A stretch of 64,000 nt of DNA from Bryobacterales bacterium (GTDB taxonomy: Bacteria > Acidobacteriota > Terriglobia > Bryobacterales > UBA6623): the NCBI GenBank assembly GCA_963422375.2, contig OY729428.2, forward strand, positions 1,792,001-1,856,000. The letters are read 5' to 3'. Positions 42,222 through 52,616 of the stretch are shown piece after piece. The notes beneath the pieces were generated by a model. The model saw only the letters and a program-made list of their open reading frames with translations. It searched no databases and was not told the DNA's origin. The translations under genes were made by a program, and so were the position numbers. Positions within the stretch are counted from its first letter, which is position 1. Each line of letters opens with the position of its first letter.

Positions 42222-43664
42222 CTACCAGACCCACCACCTGTCCAGCTGGGCTTCGAGTCCCTTGCGCACGCCGGCGTGCTCGGCGGATTCGGCAAGGTTC
42301 TGGCGTTCGCGCGGGCGGCTGTCCGCGAGCCTGTACAGCTCTGGCGGCTCCGTCTCGTTCAGAATCAGCTTCCACTCCCGCGTCCGCACCATCTTGGTGC
42401 GGTGCATGGGGCGCATCGAAGGCGACAGCACCTGCGTGTGGCGCGGTCTGGCGTCGGGGTCGTCGGGAGCCAGAACCGGCGGCAGCACGTCGGGCGCGAG
42501 ATCCCCGTACGCCGCCGAGGTGAACAGTTCTTCGCGTCCCGGGTCGCCGCTCAGCAAGGTTCCGGCCAATGACGCGCCCGAGGCCTCGGGCGGGCGCTTC
42601 GCGCCCGTAAGCTCGGCCAGGGTGGGGAACAGGTCCGCCGAGGCCGCGAGCGCGTCGGTGCGGGTGCCCGGTGAGATCCGGCCGGGAGCCCACCAGATCA
42701 TAGGCACCTGCAGCAGCGAGTCATAGAGGAACATGCCCTTGCGGACCATGCCGTAGTCGCCCATGAAGTCGCCGTGGTCCGCCGTGAGAACCACGAAAGT
42801 GTTCTCGGCAAGGCCGTGGTCCTCGAGCGCCCGCAGCAGTCGCCCGACGGGGCGGTCGACACCCCACTCGACTTGCGCGTAGTAGTAGCGCATGGTCTCC
42901 CCCATGTCCTCGCGGTCGAGTTCTCCGAAGCCCATCGCGCGGTGGTACCGCTCGAGCCGCGCGCAGAGCGCCGCCGGATCGACGCGCTCGGGGAGGACCA
43001 TGTCCCCGGAGTTGTACCTGGCCGCGTAGCGCGAAGGGGCCATGTAGGGCGGATGCGGATCGAAGTAGCTGACATGGAGAAAGAACGGGTCCCCCCCGGC
43101 TCCGGCGAGGAAATTGATCGCCGACTCGGTGTTGATGTGCGGATAGCAGTCCTCTTCGGGCCAGTAGACCGACGAGTGCCAGTGCGGCGGGACGTACCCG
43201 TTGTAGCGCCGGAACGGCTCGCGGTCTCGGATGTCGGCGTAGTCGCACTCGTTCACGGCCTCCGGGGCGTAGGTGTGGTTCTTGCCCACCCACCCGGTGC
43301 GGTAGCCGCGCCGCGCGAAATGATCCAGCATCGAGCCCTGCCATGCCAGCTTGTCGCCGTCTCGGTTCGTCAGGGACCCGTGCTCGTGCGGGTGCTGGCC
43401 TGCGAAGCATGACTTTCGGCTCGGCACGCAGACCGGGCCGCTCGAGAACCCGTTGCGGAAGAGCAGGCCCTCTCTCGCCATGCGGTCGAGGCTCGGCGTG
43501 CGGACATTGGGATGGCCGACCGCGCCGATGCAATCGCCACGCATCTGGTCGACCGTCACGAACAGCACGTTGGGCGGTGCGTCGGCTGCCCGGCCGGCGT
43601 GGAAGGCGGTCGCGCCAGCGGCTAGGAGGGCGGATTTAGTGAAGTCGCGCCGAGAGCAAGGCAT
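42222..43664 (-). CDS. Sulfatase (choline-sulfatase-like), Tat-exported
   Basis: SRRDF, PNVLFVTVDQMR, CVPSR, DPHPPY, TADHGD and KGMFLYD. Confidence 0.9.
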   Translation of the reverse strand: MPCSRRDFTKSALLAAGATAFHAGRAADAPPNVLFVTVDQMRGDCIGAVGHPNVRTPSLDRMAREGLLFRNGFSSGPVCVPSRKSCFAGQHPHEHGSLTNRDGDKLAWQGSMLDHFARRGYRTGWVGKNHTYAPEAVNECDYADIRDREPFRRYNGYVPPHWHSSVYWPEEDCYPHINTESAINFLAGAGGDPFFLHVSYFDPHPPYMAPSRYAARYNSGDMVLPERVDPAALCARLERYHRAMGFGELDREDMGETMRYYYAQVEWGVDRPVGRLLRALEDHGLAENTFVVLTADHGDFMGDYGMVRKGMFLYDSLLQVPMIWWAPGRISPGTRTDALAASADLFPTLAELTGAKRPPEASGASLAGTLLSGDPGREELFTSAAYGDLAPDVLPPVLAPDDPDARPRHTQVLSPSMRPMHRTKMVRTREWKLILNETEPPELYRLADSRPRERQNLAESAEHAGVRKGLEAQLDRWWVW

Positions 43665-44387
43665 CGCAGTGTCAGTATGACAAACGCAGGGTTGGTCGGC
43701 TCGCGCCTCCGATGCCTGATCGTCCCGACGAGAGCGCAGCCGCTGACCGCACGCTCGGAAGTTCCCTCCATCCGACCCGGGACCTCCCCTCGCGTCCTGA
43801 CCGAGGCCCCGGCCGGCGAATCTATGCCAACGCACTCCAATCTCCGCCCAGCACATGTGCCGAAGCGACATCCGCGCGCGGTCGCCTGGTGCTGCTCGGC
43901 ACAGCGGCTCGTCAAGCAGCAAGACGGGGTGCGCACAGTACTGCCACTATCTCGGCCGGGCATTGCTCGGGCTGATGCTCGACCATTCCGAGGAAGGATA
44001 CTTCAGAGTAATGTCATGATATACGTTCCGAGTCTTGGTAGAATAATCATACGAAGCTGGATGCTATCCTCACTCTAGCCTTATTTGTGATCAACATAGA
44101 TTCACTATATGCAGTGTTGAAATGATTAGATATAGGTCCATATATACCAGAGCGATATCTACGGTATGGCGTGTGTCTATTCCCCTGAGAACCGTCAATT
44201 CGTGGAAGTCGAGGAGACCTGAAGCTTCACGTTCATAGACCACGCCTGTGCGGCAAGCCGGCACCCGATGAGGTCCGACCGGAGGCCGTGCTACGATGGT
44301 GTCTCGCATTGAGAACGGCACCGTACTCCCCGCTGGTCCATACCGTCGCGGGAGGTCGGTCACGTTCCTGCCTCGCTGTGCCTAGCA

Positions 44388-45596
44388 ATGCTCGTCAGGT
44401 GCTTGGTGGTTTCGATTCTCGCGGGGTCGGCGCTGGGATCCCCGAGCGATCCGGTGGCCGCGCTTGACCGGCGCCTGGCCGCCGGGGAGGTCCGGCTCTC
44501 GTTCGATCCCCGGTGGGGATACCTTCCGGCAGTCTTGTCGGCGCTCGACGTTCCGGTCTCGTCCCAGGTGCTGGTGTTCTCGAAGACTAGCGCGCAATTC
44601 CGGCTGATCAACCCGGGGAACCCCCGGGCGATCTATTTCAACGACGAGACGTATGTGGGATGGGTCCCCGGAGGCCCCTTTCTCGAGATCTCGACGGCCG
44701 TGGCGGGCGGCACGGCGGCCTTCTACTCGCTGCCTCAGCGTCGAGCGGAGCGTCCGAGGCTCGTGGCAGATGACGGTGCCTGCCTGCAGTGCCACGAGAG
44801 CCCGCGGACGCTCGGCGTTCCCGGGCATCTCACGCGCTCGGTCTTTCCCGGTGAGGACGGCCTGCCGCATTTCGCGCACGGGACCGTAAACGTAGACCAC
44901 GCCACGCCGATTACGCGGCGCTGGGGCGGTTGGTTCGTGACCGGGAACGTGCCGATGCCTCACCGGGGCAATTCCTTCGGTCCGGAGCGGAGCCATGGCG
45001 AGTGGGCCGCCGGCCGGCTCGAGCGGCCGCCGGCCTCCCTCTTCGACCCGCGCAGGTACTTGGTGCCGCACAGCGACGTGGTGGCACACTTGGTGCTGGC
45101 CCACCAGACTCGCGTGCATAACTCGCTCGCAAGGGCCGGTGCCGAGGCGCGCAACGCGCTCGCATACCAACAAGAGATGGAGCGGCTATTCGGCCGCCCG
45201 TCCGAATCCCTGCTCGCCTCGGTCAGGAGGCGCATCGAGAGGCCCGCCGAGCAGCTCGTGCGGGACCTCCTTCTTGTCGGAGAGGCCCCGCTGGATGGGC
45301 CGGTGGAAGGGGACTCGGTGTTCGCCGAGGAATTCCAGCGCAGCCGTTCGGTCGAGGGAGCGGACGACCCGCTGCGCGAACTCCACTTGGGCACTAGGCT
45401 GTTCCGGCGTCGCTGCAGCTTCCTGATTCGCTCCGCTTCCTACGCCCGGCTGCCGCGGCGCGTGCGCGTCTACGTCCAGCGACGCCTCGCCGAGATTCTT
45501 GAGGGCCGGAACGCCGCCGGCGACTTCGCGCACCTTGGGCCGGAAGACCGCGAAGCGATCAGGCGCCTGCTCGGCGGGCGGCTCGCCCTCCGCTAG
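44388..45596 (+). CDS. Exported hypothetical protein with a single c-type heme motif
   Basis: Signal peptide, SQVLVFSKTS, PRAIYFND, CLQCH, RWGGWFVTG and SDVVAHLVLAHQ. Confidence 0.7.
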   Translation: MLVRCLVVSILAGSALGSPSDPVAALDRRLAAGEVRLSFDPRWGYLPAVLSALDVPVSSQVLVFSKTSAQFRLINPGNPRAIYFNDETYVGWVPGGPFLEISTAVAGGTAAFYSLPQRRAERPRLVADDGACLQCHESPRTLGVPGHLTRSVFPGEDGLPHFAHGTVNVDHATPITRRWGGWFVTGNVPMPHRGNSFGPERSHGEWAAGRLERPPASLFDPRRYLVPHSDVVAHLVLAHQTRVHNSLARAGAEARNALAYQQEMERLFGRPSESLLASVRRRIERPAEQLVRDLLLVGEAPLDGPVEGDSVFAEEFQRSRSVEGADDPLRELHLGTRLFRRRCSFLIRSASYARLPRRVRVYVQRRLAEILEGRNAAGDFAHLGPEDREAIRRLLGGRLALR

Positions 45597-45677
45597 TCTC
45601 CGGCTACATCGCGCCACCGAACCCGATCCGCGCTGAGCTACTCCATAATTGAAGGTGCAGGGCAGACGCCAAGCGGC

Positions 45678-48600
45678 ATGGTGAGCGCAAAGATTATGCA
45701 GTCCGGAAGGGAGCGAACTCGACTCCTGAGCGAGGCGCTGGACGAGCGCATTCTCGTCTTGGACGGCGCGATGGGCACGGCCTTGCAGGACGCCGGCCTT
45801 ACTGCCGCGGACTTCGGCGGGCCTGCGCTGGAAGGCTGCAACGAGAACGTCGTGCTCACCCGGCCGGACGTGGTGCGGGGAATCCACGAAGGCTATTGCG
45901 CTGCCGGCGCCGACATCATCGAGACCAACACGTTCGGGGCGATTGACATCGTTCTCTCCGAGTACGGCCTCCGGGACAGCGTCGAGCGAATCAACTCCGA
46001 GGCCGGCCGCCTCGCTCGGGAGGCCGCCGCCGCGTATTCCAGGCCGGGCCGGCCGATCTTCGTCGCAGGGGCCATGGGCCCGTCGACCAAGTCCATCTCC
46101 GTTACCGGCGGCGTCACCTACAAGGAGCTCGTCGCCTCGTACCGCCAGCAGGCTCTCGCGCTAGCCGAGCATGCCGACCTGCTGATTCTGGAGACCTGCC
46201 AAGACACGCGCAACGTCAAGGCGGCCCTGATCGGAATCGAGCGCGCGCTGCGGGAGTTCGGCTCGAGGCTGCCGGTGATCGTTTCGGGGACGGTCGAGCC
46301 GATGGGGACGATGCTGGCGGGCCAGTCCGCCGAGGCCTTGGTCGTGTCCCTGGAGCACGCCGACCTCTTGGCGATCGGCCTGAACTGCGCGACGGGCCCG
46401 GAGTTCATGGCCGACCACTTGCGCACGATCCACGAGACGGCCGCGCCGCTCGTCTCCTGCTATCCCAACGCGGGCCTGCCGGACGAAGACGGCCGGTACG
46501 GCGAGTCCCCGGATTCGCTGGCTTCCGCCTTGGAGCGCTTCGCTCGCAACGGTTGGCTCAATATCGCGGGTGGATGCTGCGGGACGACTCCGGACCACAT
46601 CCGCGCCATTGCCCAGATGGCGGAGGCTCACGCGCCGCGCGGGCACTCGCCCGCGCGGCGCTCTGTGTTCAGCGGCATCGAGGTCGTCGAGGCCTCCGAC
46701 GACAACCGCCCCCTGTTGGTGGGCGAACGCACGAACGTAGTCGGCTCGCGCCGCTTCAAGCGTCTCATCTCCCGGCAAGAGTACGAGAAGGCGGCCGAGG
46801 TCGGTCGCGCCCAGGTGAAGGGGGGCGCCCAGGTTCTGGATGTCAATCTCGAGAACCCGGATCGCGACGAGCTGTCCGATATCGACGCGTTCTACGCGCA
46901 GCTGATCCGCAAGGTGAAGGTCCCGATCATGATTGACTCGACCGACCCGGCGGCAGTCGAGCGGGCTCTGACCTATTGCCAGGGCAAGGCGATCGTCAAC
47001 TCGATCAATTTCGAAGACGGCGAGGCGCGCATCAATCGCGTCGCGCCGCTCGTGCGACGCTACGGCACCGCGGTCATCGTGGGCGCGATCGACGAAGATC
47101 CCCGCCAGGCACAGGCCGTGACGAGGGAGCGCAAGCTGGCAATAGCCGAGCGGGCGCACGCCCTGCTGACAGGTAAGTGGGGCATTGCGGAGCACGACAT
47201 TGTCTTCGACCCTCTCGTGTTTCCGTGCGGCACGGGCGATGCCGGCTACATCGGCAGCGCTGTCGAGACCATCGAGTCCCTGCGCCTGATCAAACAGAGG
47301 ATGCCGCGCGCGAAGACCGTGCTCGGCATCAGCAACGTGAGCTTCGGACTGCAGCCGGCAGCCCGCGAGGCCGTCAACGCGGTCTTCCTCTACCACGCCA
47401 CCAAGGCCGGTCTGGACCTTGCCATCGTCAACACCGAGAAGCTGCGGCGCTTCGCATCGATGTCCCCCGAGGAGCGCACACTCGCCGAGGCGCTGCTGTA
47501 CAACTCCCCCTTGGCCGGCACGGATGCTCCGGTGGACTACCGGAAGCAGACTCCGGAGCAGCGGGTCCTGATCAACCAGCGCCATATCGCGCAGGTCACC
47601 GAGCATTTCCGGGGAGCGGTCGCCCGAACCGGGCCTGAGACGGCTGACTTGCCCGTCGACGAGCGCCTCGCCCGCTACATCGTCGAGGGCACAAAGGAGG
47701 GGCTGCTCGCGGACCTCGACGAAAAGCTGGAGGCCGGCCAGCGTCCTCTTGCCATAGTGAACGGCCCTCTGATGGACGGCATGAAGGAGGTCGGCCGCCT
47801 CTTCAACCGCAACGAACTCATCGTGGCGGAGGTCTTGCAGTCGGCCGAGTCGATGAAGGCGGCGGTCGACTATCTCGAGCCCCACATGGGCAAGCTGGAG
47901 GGCGTGAACAAGGGCAAGGTGATCCTTGCCACTGTCAAGGGCGATGTCCACGACATCGGCAAGAACCTAGTGGACATCATCCTGTCCAACAACGGCTACG
48001 AGGTCCTCAACCTCGGCATCAAGGTGCCCCCGGAGGATCTGGTCGGCGCCAGCCGCGAGCACAGCCCCGACGCGATCGGCCTCTCGGGCCTGTTAGTCAA
48101 GAGCGCGCAGCAGATGGTCGTCACGGCCCAGGATCTTAGGGCCGCGGGCGTCAGCGTGCCACTGCTCGTTGGCGGGGCCGCCCTGAGCGCCGGCTTCACC
48201 CGGAAGCGCATCGCGCCCGCTTACGGCGAGCTCACTTGCTACGCGAAGGACGCGATGAGCGGGCTGGCGCTGCTGGACCGCGTCATGGACCCGGATGCCC
48301 GCCCCTCACTGCGACGGGAGTATGCGCCACTGGCCGACACGCCCGGCGGCCCGGATCCCGCCAGGGAAAAAGGGGCGGCGGCGCGCAGCACCCGCGCGAG
48401 GGCCGACGTGCCCCCGTTGCAGCCCCCGTACAGCGTCCGGCGGGTGGCCGAAATCCCCCATCTCAACGATCTCTGGCGGTACATCAACCCAGCCATGCTC
48501 TACTCCCGCCACATGGGATTCCGCGGCAACTTCAGGAGGGCCGTAGCCCGGCGCGACGAGAAGGCGCTCGCGCTGAAGGATGGGATGGAACAGATGATGG

Positions 48601-49202
48601 CCGAGGCGCAGGCCTTCATGAAGGTGCGGGCCGTGTGGAGATTCGTCGACGCCGAGGGGCGCGGCAATGTCGTCCGGCTGTACGAGCCTAGGGGCGGGGC
48701 ATTCCTGCACGCATTCACTTTCCCCCGCCAGCGCCGGGCCGACGGGCTGAGCCTGTCTGACTACATCGTCTCGCCGAACGGTCATCGCGACTCGCTCGCG
48801 CTGATGTGCGTCACGGCGGGGGAGGGTATCCGCGAGCGGTCGGAAGCGTACCGCGTCGCCGGGCAGTACCTGAAGTCGCACGCCGTGCAGGCTCTGGCGA
48901 TCGAGACGGCCGAGGCCTGCGCGGAGTGGCTGCACCGGCGCATCCGCGAGGACTGGGGATTCGCGGATCCTGTTGGGTTGACGATGGCCGACCGGCTGAA
49001 GTCGAAGTATCGCGGCCGACGATACAGCTTCGGGTACGCCGCCTGCCCGAACCTGGACGATCAGCTCGGGCTGTTCCAACTGCTGCGGCCAGAGGACATC
49101 GGCGTTACGCTGACGGACGGGTCGATGATGGATCCCGAGGCCAGCGTCAGCGCGCTCGTCTTCCAGCACCCGGACTGCATCTACTTCGACGTGAATTCCT
49201 AG
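45678..49202 (+). CDS. metH: Cobalamin-dependent methionine synthase
   Basis: LDGAMGT, GLNCATG, GGCCGT, VGERTN, GDVHDIGKN (B12-binding) and RYSFGYAACP. Confidence 0.97.
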   Translation: MVSAKIMQSGRERTRLLSEALDERILVLDGAMGTALQDAGLTAADFGGPALEGCNENVVLTRPDVVRGIHEGYCAAGADIIETNTFGAIDIVLSEYGLRDSVERINSEAGRLAREAAAAYSRPGRPIFVAGAMGPSTKSISVTGGVTYKELVASYRQQALALAEHADLLILETCQDTRNVKAALIGIERALREFGSRLPVIVSGTVEPMGTMLAGQSAEALVVSLEHADLLAIGLNCATGPEFMADHLRTIHETAAPLVSCYPNAGLPDEDGRYGESPDSLASALERFARNGWLNIAGGCCGTTPDHIRAIAQMAEAHAPRGHSPARRSVFSGIEVVEASDDNRPLLVGERTNVVGSRRFKRLISRQEYEKAAEVGRAQVKGGAQVLDVNLENPDRDELSDIDAFYAQLIRKVKVPIMIDSTDPAAVERALTYCQGKAIVNSINFEDGEARINRVAPLVRRYGTAVIVGAIDEDPRQAQAVTRERKLAIAERAHALLTGKWGIAEHDIVFDPLVFPCGTGDAGYIGSAVETIESLRLIKQRMPRAKTVLGISNVSFGLQPAAREAVNAVFLYHATKAGLDLAIVNTEKLRRFASMSPEERTLAEALLYNSPLAGTDAPVDYRKQTPEQRVLINQRHIAQVTEHFRGAVARTGPETADLPVDERLARYIVEGTKEGLLADLDEKLEAGQRPLAIVNGPLMDGMKEVGRLFNRNELIVAEVLQSAESMKAAVDYLEPHMGKLEGVNKGKVILATVKGDVHDIGKNLVDIILSNNGYEVLNLGIKVPPEDLVGASREHSPDAIGLSGLLVKSAQQMVVTAQDLRAAGVSVPLLVGGAALSAGFTRKRIAPAYGELTCYAKDAMSGLALLDRVMDPDARPSLRREYAPLADTPGGPDPAREKGAAARSTRARADVPPLQPPYSVRRVAEIPHLNDLWRYINPAMLYSRHMGFRGNFRRAVARRDEKALALKDGMEQMMAEAQAFMKVRAVWRFVDAEGRGNVVRLYEPRGGAFLHAFTFPRQRRADGLSLSDYIVSPNGHRDSLALMCVTAGEGIRERSEAYRVAGQYLKSHAVQALAIETAEACAEWLHRRIREDWGFADPVGLTMADRLKSKYRGRRYSFGYAACPNLDDQLGLFQLLRPEDIGVTLTDGSMMDPEASVSALVFQHPDCIYFDVNS

Positions 49203-50052
49203 CGAGGGCACGCCTCGGACTGAAGAGGCTGCACTCCGGACGCTGGCCCGGTCTGCGAGGTGAAGTCGCGCGAGCCTCCCGCTGGCTGCGATGGGCCTGT
49301 CATGGCGGGCCGGCGTATCCATCGCCGTCGCCCGCTCCGGGACGGCCGTGGTCCGCGGGGGAAATTTCACACGCTTCGTGATTGGTCAAGTGGCGTGCCG
49401 CGAATGAGGAGAGCGGTCCGACATTGCCTCGCGCCGCAATCTCGGTCTCTACGAGCCGACGAATGGGTGTCTTTGTCTTCAGCAAGGGACACTTGGATGA
49501 TGCTTCCGATGCGGTCGCCTTGACACTACTCTCATCAGGTCATAGCCCATCCTACGGTCGAGATATGCGGAATCAGAAGTGTATGGAACACCTTTCTGAA
49601 ACTGCGGCCTCTTATCGAAATTATCCGAAGTATTCTAGAACAATTTGGGTGGCATACCATTCGGCATAGGCTGTATATATCTAGATGGAGTCTACTAGTT
49701 TGTCCCAGATTGTTTCACGAAGCAAGTCCCTCGGAGGCATCGTGCTCGTTGTTCTGGATGGTGCTCCGATGAATTGTACGGAGTGGCCTGAGCAGCTTAG
49801 TTACCAACCAAGCAAGGAAGAATGGAGCAAGGGGCTAACGAACATTCGACTCGCGATGCAACGTGCGATCCAAGCACGTCTTGGCATAGGCGACAAGACA
49901 AGCGACTGTTTCGGCCGAATTCGCGGAATTACCGAGGAGACACTGATTTCCCTTGATGCACGCCAGCCCGTATCTCTCCTTGCAATGTTTGGCGGCTGTG
50001 CGAGAGACGATCCTGCGAGAGTTCCGTTCCAGTCGCAGGTTCGGCGAGCCGG

Positions 50053-51219
50053 CTATGCCGGAGGGGGGCTCCAGATCGTCGCGCCGATGTAACGCTCCGG
50101 TCCCGACGCCTCGTCGGTGAAGTAGTAGACCGCCACGACCTTGCCGTCTGGGCGCTGCACTGCCCGCACGTAGCCGATGTCTCGGCTGGCACCGTCGTCC
50201 CGGAGCGTGATTTGGTCGCTCCACGTCCTCCCGCCGTCAGCGCTAAGGGTGGCACGGATGCTGTACGGTTCGGCCCTGTAGCCGTAGATGAGGCAGATCC
50301 GCCCGTCCAGCAGCTTGATCATCGCGGGCGGGTTGCCTACGCCCGTGTCAGGTACAGCTTCGTTCAGGTAGTCCCACGAGGCACCGTTGTCGGTCGAGAG
50401 GTACGTCCCGATCCAGCGCTTGGTTTCGTCGCGCATGCGCACAGTGACGAGAATATCCGTCTCGGAAAGGCGGACCGATGCCGGCATGATGGAGAACGCC
50501 TCCGGCTCCGGGCCAATCCAGGAGACACGAGTCCACGTCTTGCCTCCGTCGATTGTGCGCACGCACAGCGGGCGCCCTTCTCTGCCATTCGACTTGGCCG
50601 CAGTGATGAAGAGCGTGCAAAGGTCCTTTCCGTCGACGATGTAATCGGTGCGAGGGGCGATTCCGGGGGAATCGAAGTTCGGCAGCCGGAAGGGGCCATC
50701 CCAGGAACGGCCCCGGTCGTAGGAGTAGAAGACGCGGCCGGTTCCTGCGTGGATGCTGTTCGTCCGAATCGTGAGGGCTAGATCGGGGTGGCTGAAGTCG
50801 ATGCCGCCCTCGCTGTCGCGCAGCGGGGGAATCGTCACGCCCGGGCGCGTTACGCCGTGCAGATAGCCGCCCTCGGTAATGAGGTAGCCGTTGGCTCCCG
50901 GATCCTCGAGGGTCCAGCTGTCGCCGCCGTCCAAGCTCCTGGCCAGCATCGGAATTTCCGGCTTCTCCCGGTCGATGTGATGGCTCAGGCCCTGATCCTT
51001 GTAGTAGCCCATCCCGAAGCCGACGAGAATCTCGTCCCCCCAGCTCCAGATCCCGTGATTGGCGGGCCAGCCGCCGAACATGCCCTTCTCGAAGTAGACC
51101 TTGACGTGCCGAGGTTCCTCCGGTGCCGCAGGCGTCCCCGCGTCCGGGTCTCCGGGGCCAGAGCAACCGGCAGCGGCGATCAGGACGAGGCCTGTGGCGA
51201 AAGTGACGATTCGAGACAT
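50053..51219 (-). CDS. BNR/Asp-box sialidase-like lipoprotein
   Basis: Lipobox AAAGC; Asp boxes SLDGGDSW, SYDRGRSW, TIDGGKTW, STDNGASW and SADGGRTW. Confidence 0.85.
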   Translation of the reverse strand: MSRIVTFATGLVLIAAAGCSGPGDPDAGTPAAPEEPRHVKVYFEKGMFGGWPANHGIWSWGDEILVGFGMGYYKDQGLSHHIDREKPEIPMLARSLDGGDSWTLEDPGANGYLITEGGYLHGVTRPGVTIPPLRDSEGGIDFSHPDLALTIRTNSIHAGTGRVFYSYDRGRSWDGPFRLPNFDSPGIAPRTDYIVDGKDLCTLFITAAKSNGREGRPLCVRTIDGGKTWTRVSWIGPEPEAFSIMPASVRLSETDILVTVRMRDETKRWIGTYLSTDNGASWDYLNEAVPDTGVGNPPAMIKLLDGRICLIYGYRAEPYSIRATLSADGGRTWSDQITLRDDGASRDIGYVRAVQRPDGKVVAVYYFTDEASGPERYIGATIWSPPPA

Positions 51220-52616
51220 AGGGTTCTCCATGATTCCGGGACGCGCGCGGTCGTCGACCGGCGGACGGCCGCGAGCCGCGCATCCGAGACGGGTCGTACG
51301 CAAGAAGCATAGCGCACATGCTTCAGCGAGCGGGACGAGCGGCACGCGGGGAGTCCTGCTCGCCAGTCGCTCGGATTGACGCGCACCGTCGCTTGGATGT
51401 GCGGTGCGGCGGGACAGGGACGCCCGGCACGCCGCGAGGGAACGTACACCCTACGAACCGTCGCGGGCCGGGCTGACGCGGTGACCGACGAGGCTCGCCA
51501 CTAGCTGTCGAGCGGGCCGAGCCGCTCCCGCGGAGCCGCAGCAACGAGCCGGCTCCTTGACGCTGGAATTCGACGGTTTCGTTGCGAGGCAAATAGAACC
51601 TGGCCAACCGCGACGGTCTTGGCGGTGTGGCGAATTCGCTATTGCCCACTCCTGCCGGTTCTGATCTTGCAATAGAGGCTTGGGATTGCTGAAAACACAT
51701 TGAGTCAACTAGCGCATTGGCTTCGGATAGTCTCGGACCTAGTAAACCAGTGTACCGCCTGTTGGATGTAACAGCTGGTATACGTGACTTGAGGATATGG
51801 GATCCGAGGAGATATCGTATGCTCTACGGAATTCATTGTCGACTATTTGGATGCATTGGAGCAATCCGGAGAGCCGGTATCGCGGCGTGTGGAAACATCA
51901 GTGATATCGGACTTGAAGGTGTGATTTCGAGACGTGAGGCAGTTGCGCATCAGCACCGTCACTCATTTCAAGTCTCGGCAGGGAATGCATGATATCCAAA
52001 TGTTTATCCGAGGCGACCTCGCAGGCACCGATTGGCCGCCAGGCGTGTGGGAATTCCGCATCCACGAAGGCCCTTTTGAGGAGCTTCACTCCTTCCGGTC
52101 TGCCAGTAGCCTCTCTCGAGGTTGCGACGGGGACCTGTAGACGTCTGGTTCCGCTCAGAGACGGGACTCCTAGCGTCGAGGGCCTGAAGCCGCAAAGGCG
52201 CCCGCAATCGACCAAGCAGGTCCCGGAAATGGCTTCGGGCCGGTCGGCCAGTAACGGCCCCTGCGCATCTAGCCGGGAGAATGACGGCGGGCCGTTCGGC
52301 CTCCCGGCCGCCGGGCAAGCCCAACTGGAGGGTCCGCGCTAGGCCCGGCAGGGAAGATGGGTCAACGCGGACGCAAGCGCCGAGCGCCTCGCCGTGGCGA
52401 ATGGGATCACGGGAGCAGAGCCATTCGCGCGCCGCTCCGACCAGCTCGGCGAGATGCAGAACCTCGCCAAACGGATGAACGACCAGCACGAGTACCGTAC
52501 CTACTGTGTCGGGTGCTCCCCAGAGGCGCCGGGAGTCCGCATCGTGTCGAGGGCCCGTGACGAAAGGGCCTGAATTCAAGGCAACGAGCTCCTAATGCGA
52601 CTGTTACAATCCGACC

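Noticed and set aside
45597..45677. Cobalamin or SAM riboswitch before metH
   Set aside because: The intergenic region is only 81 bp and has no recognisable motif.
51230..52610. Short ORFs between the sialidase-like gene and tricorn
   Set aside because: No motifs and no consistent coding signal; covered only as a low-GC islet.
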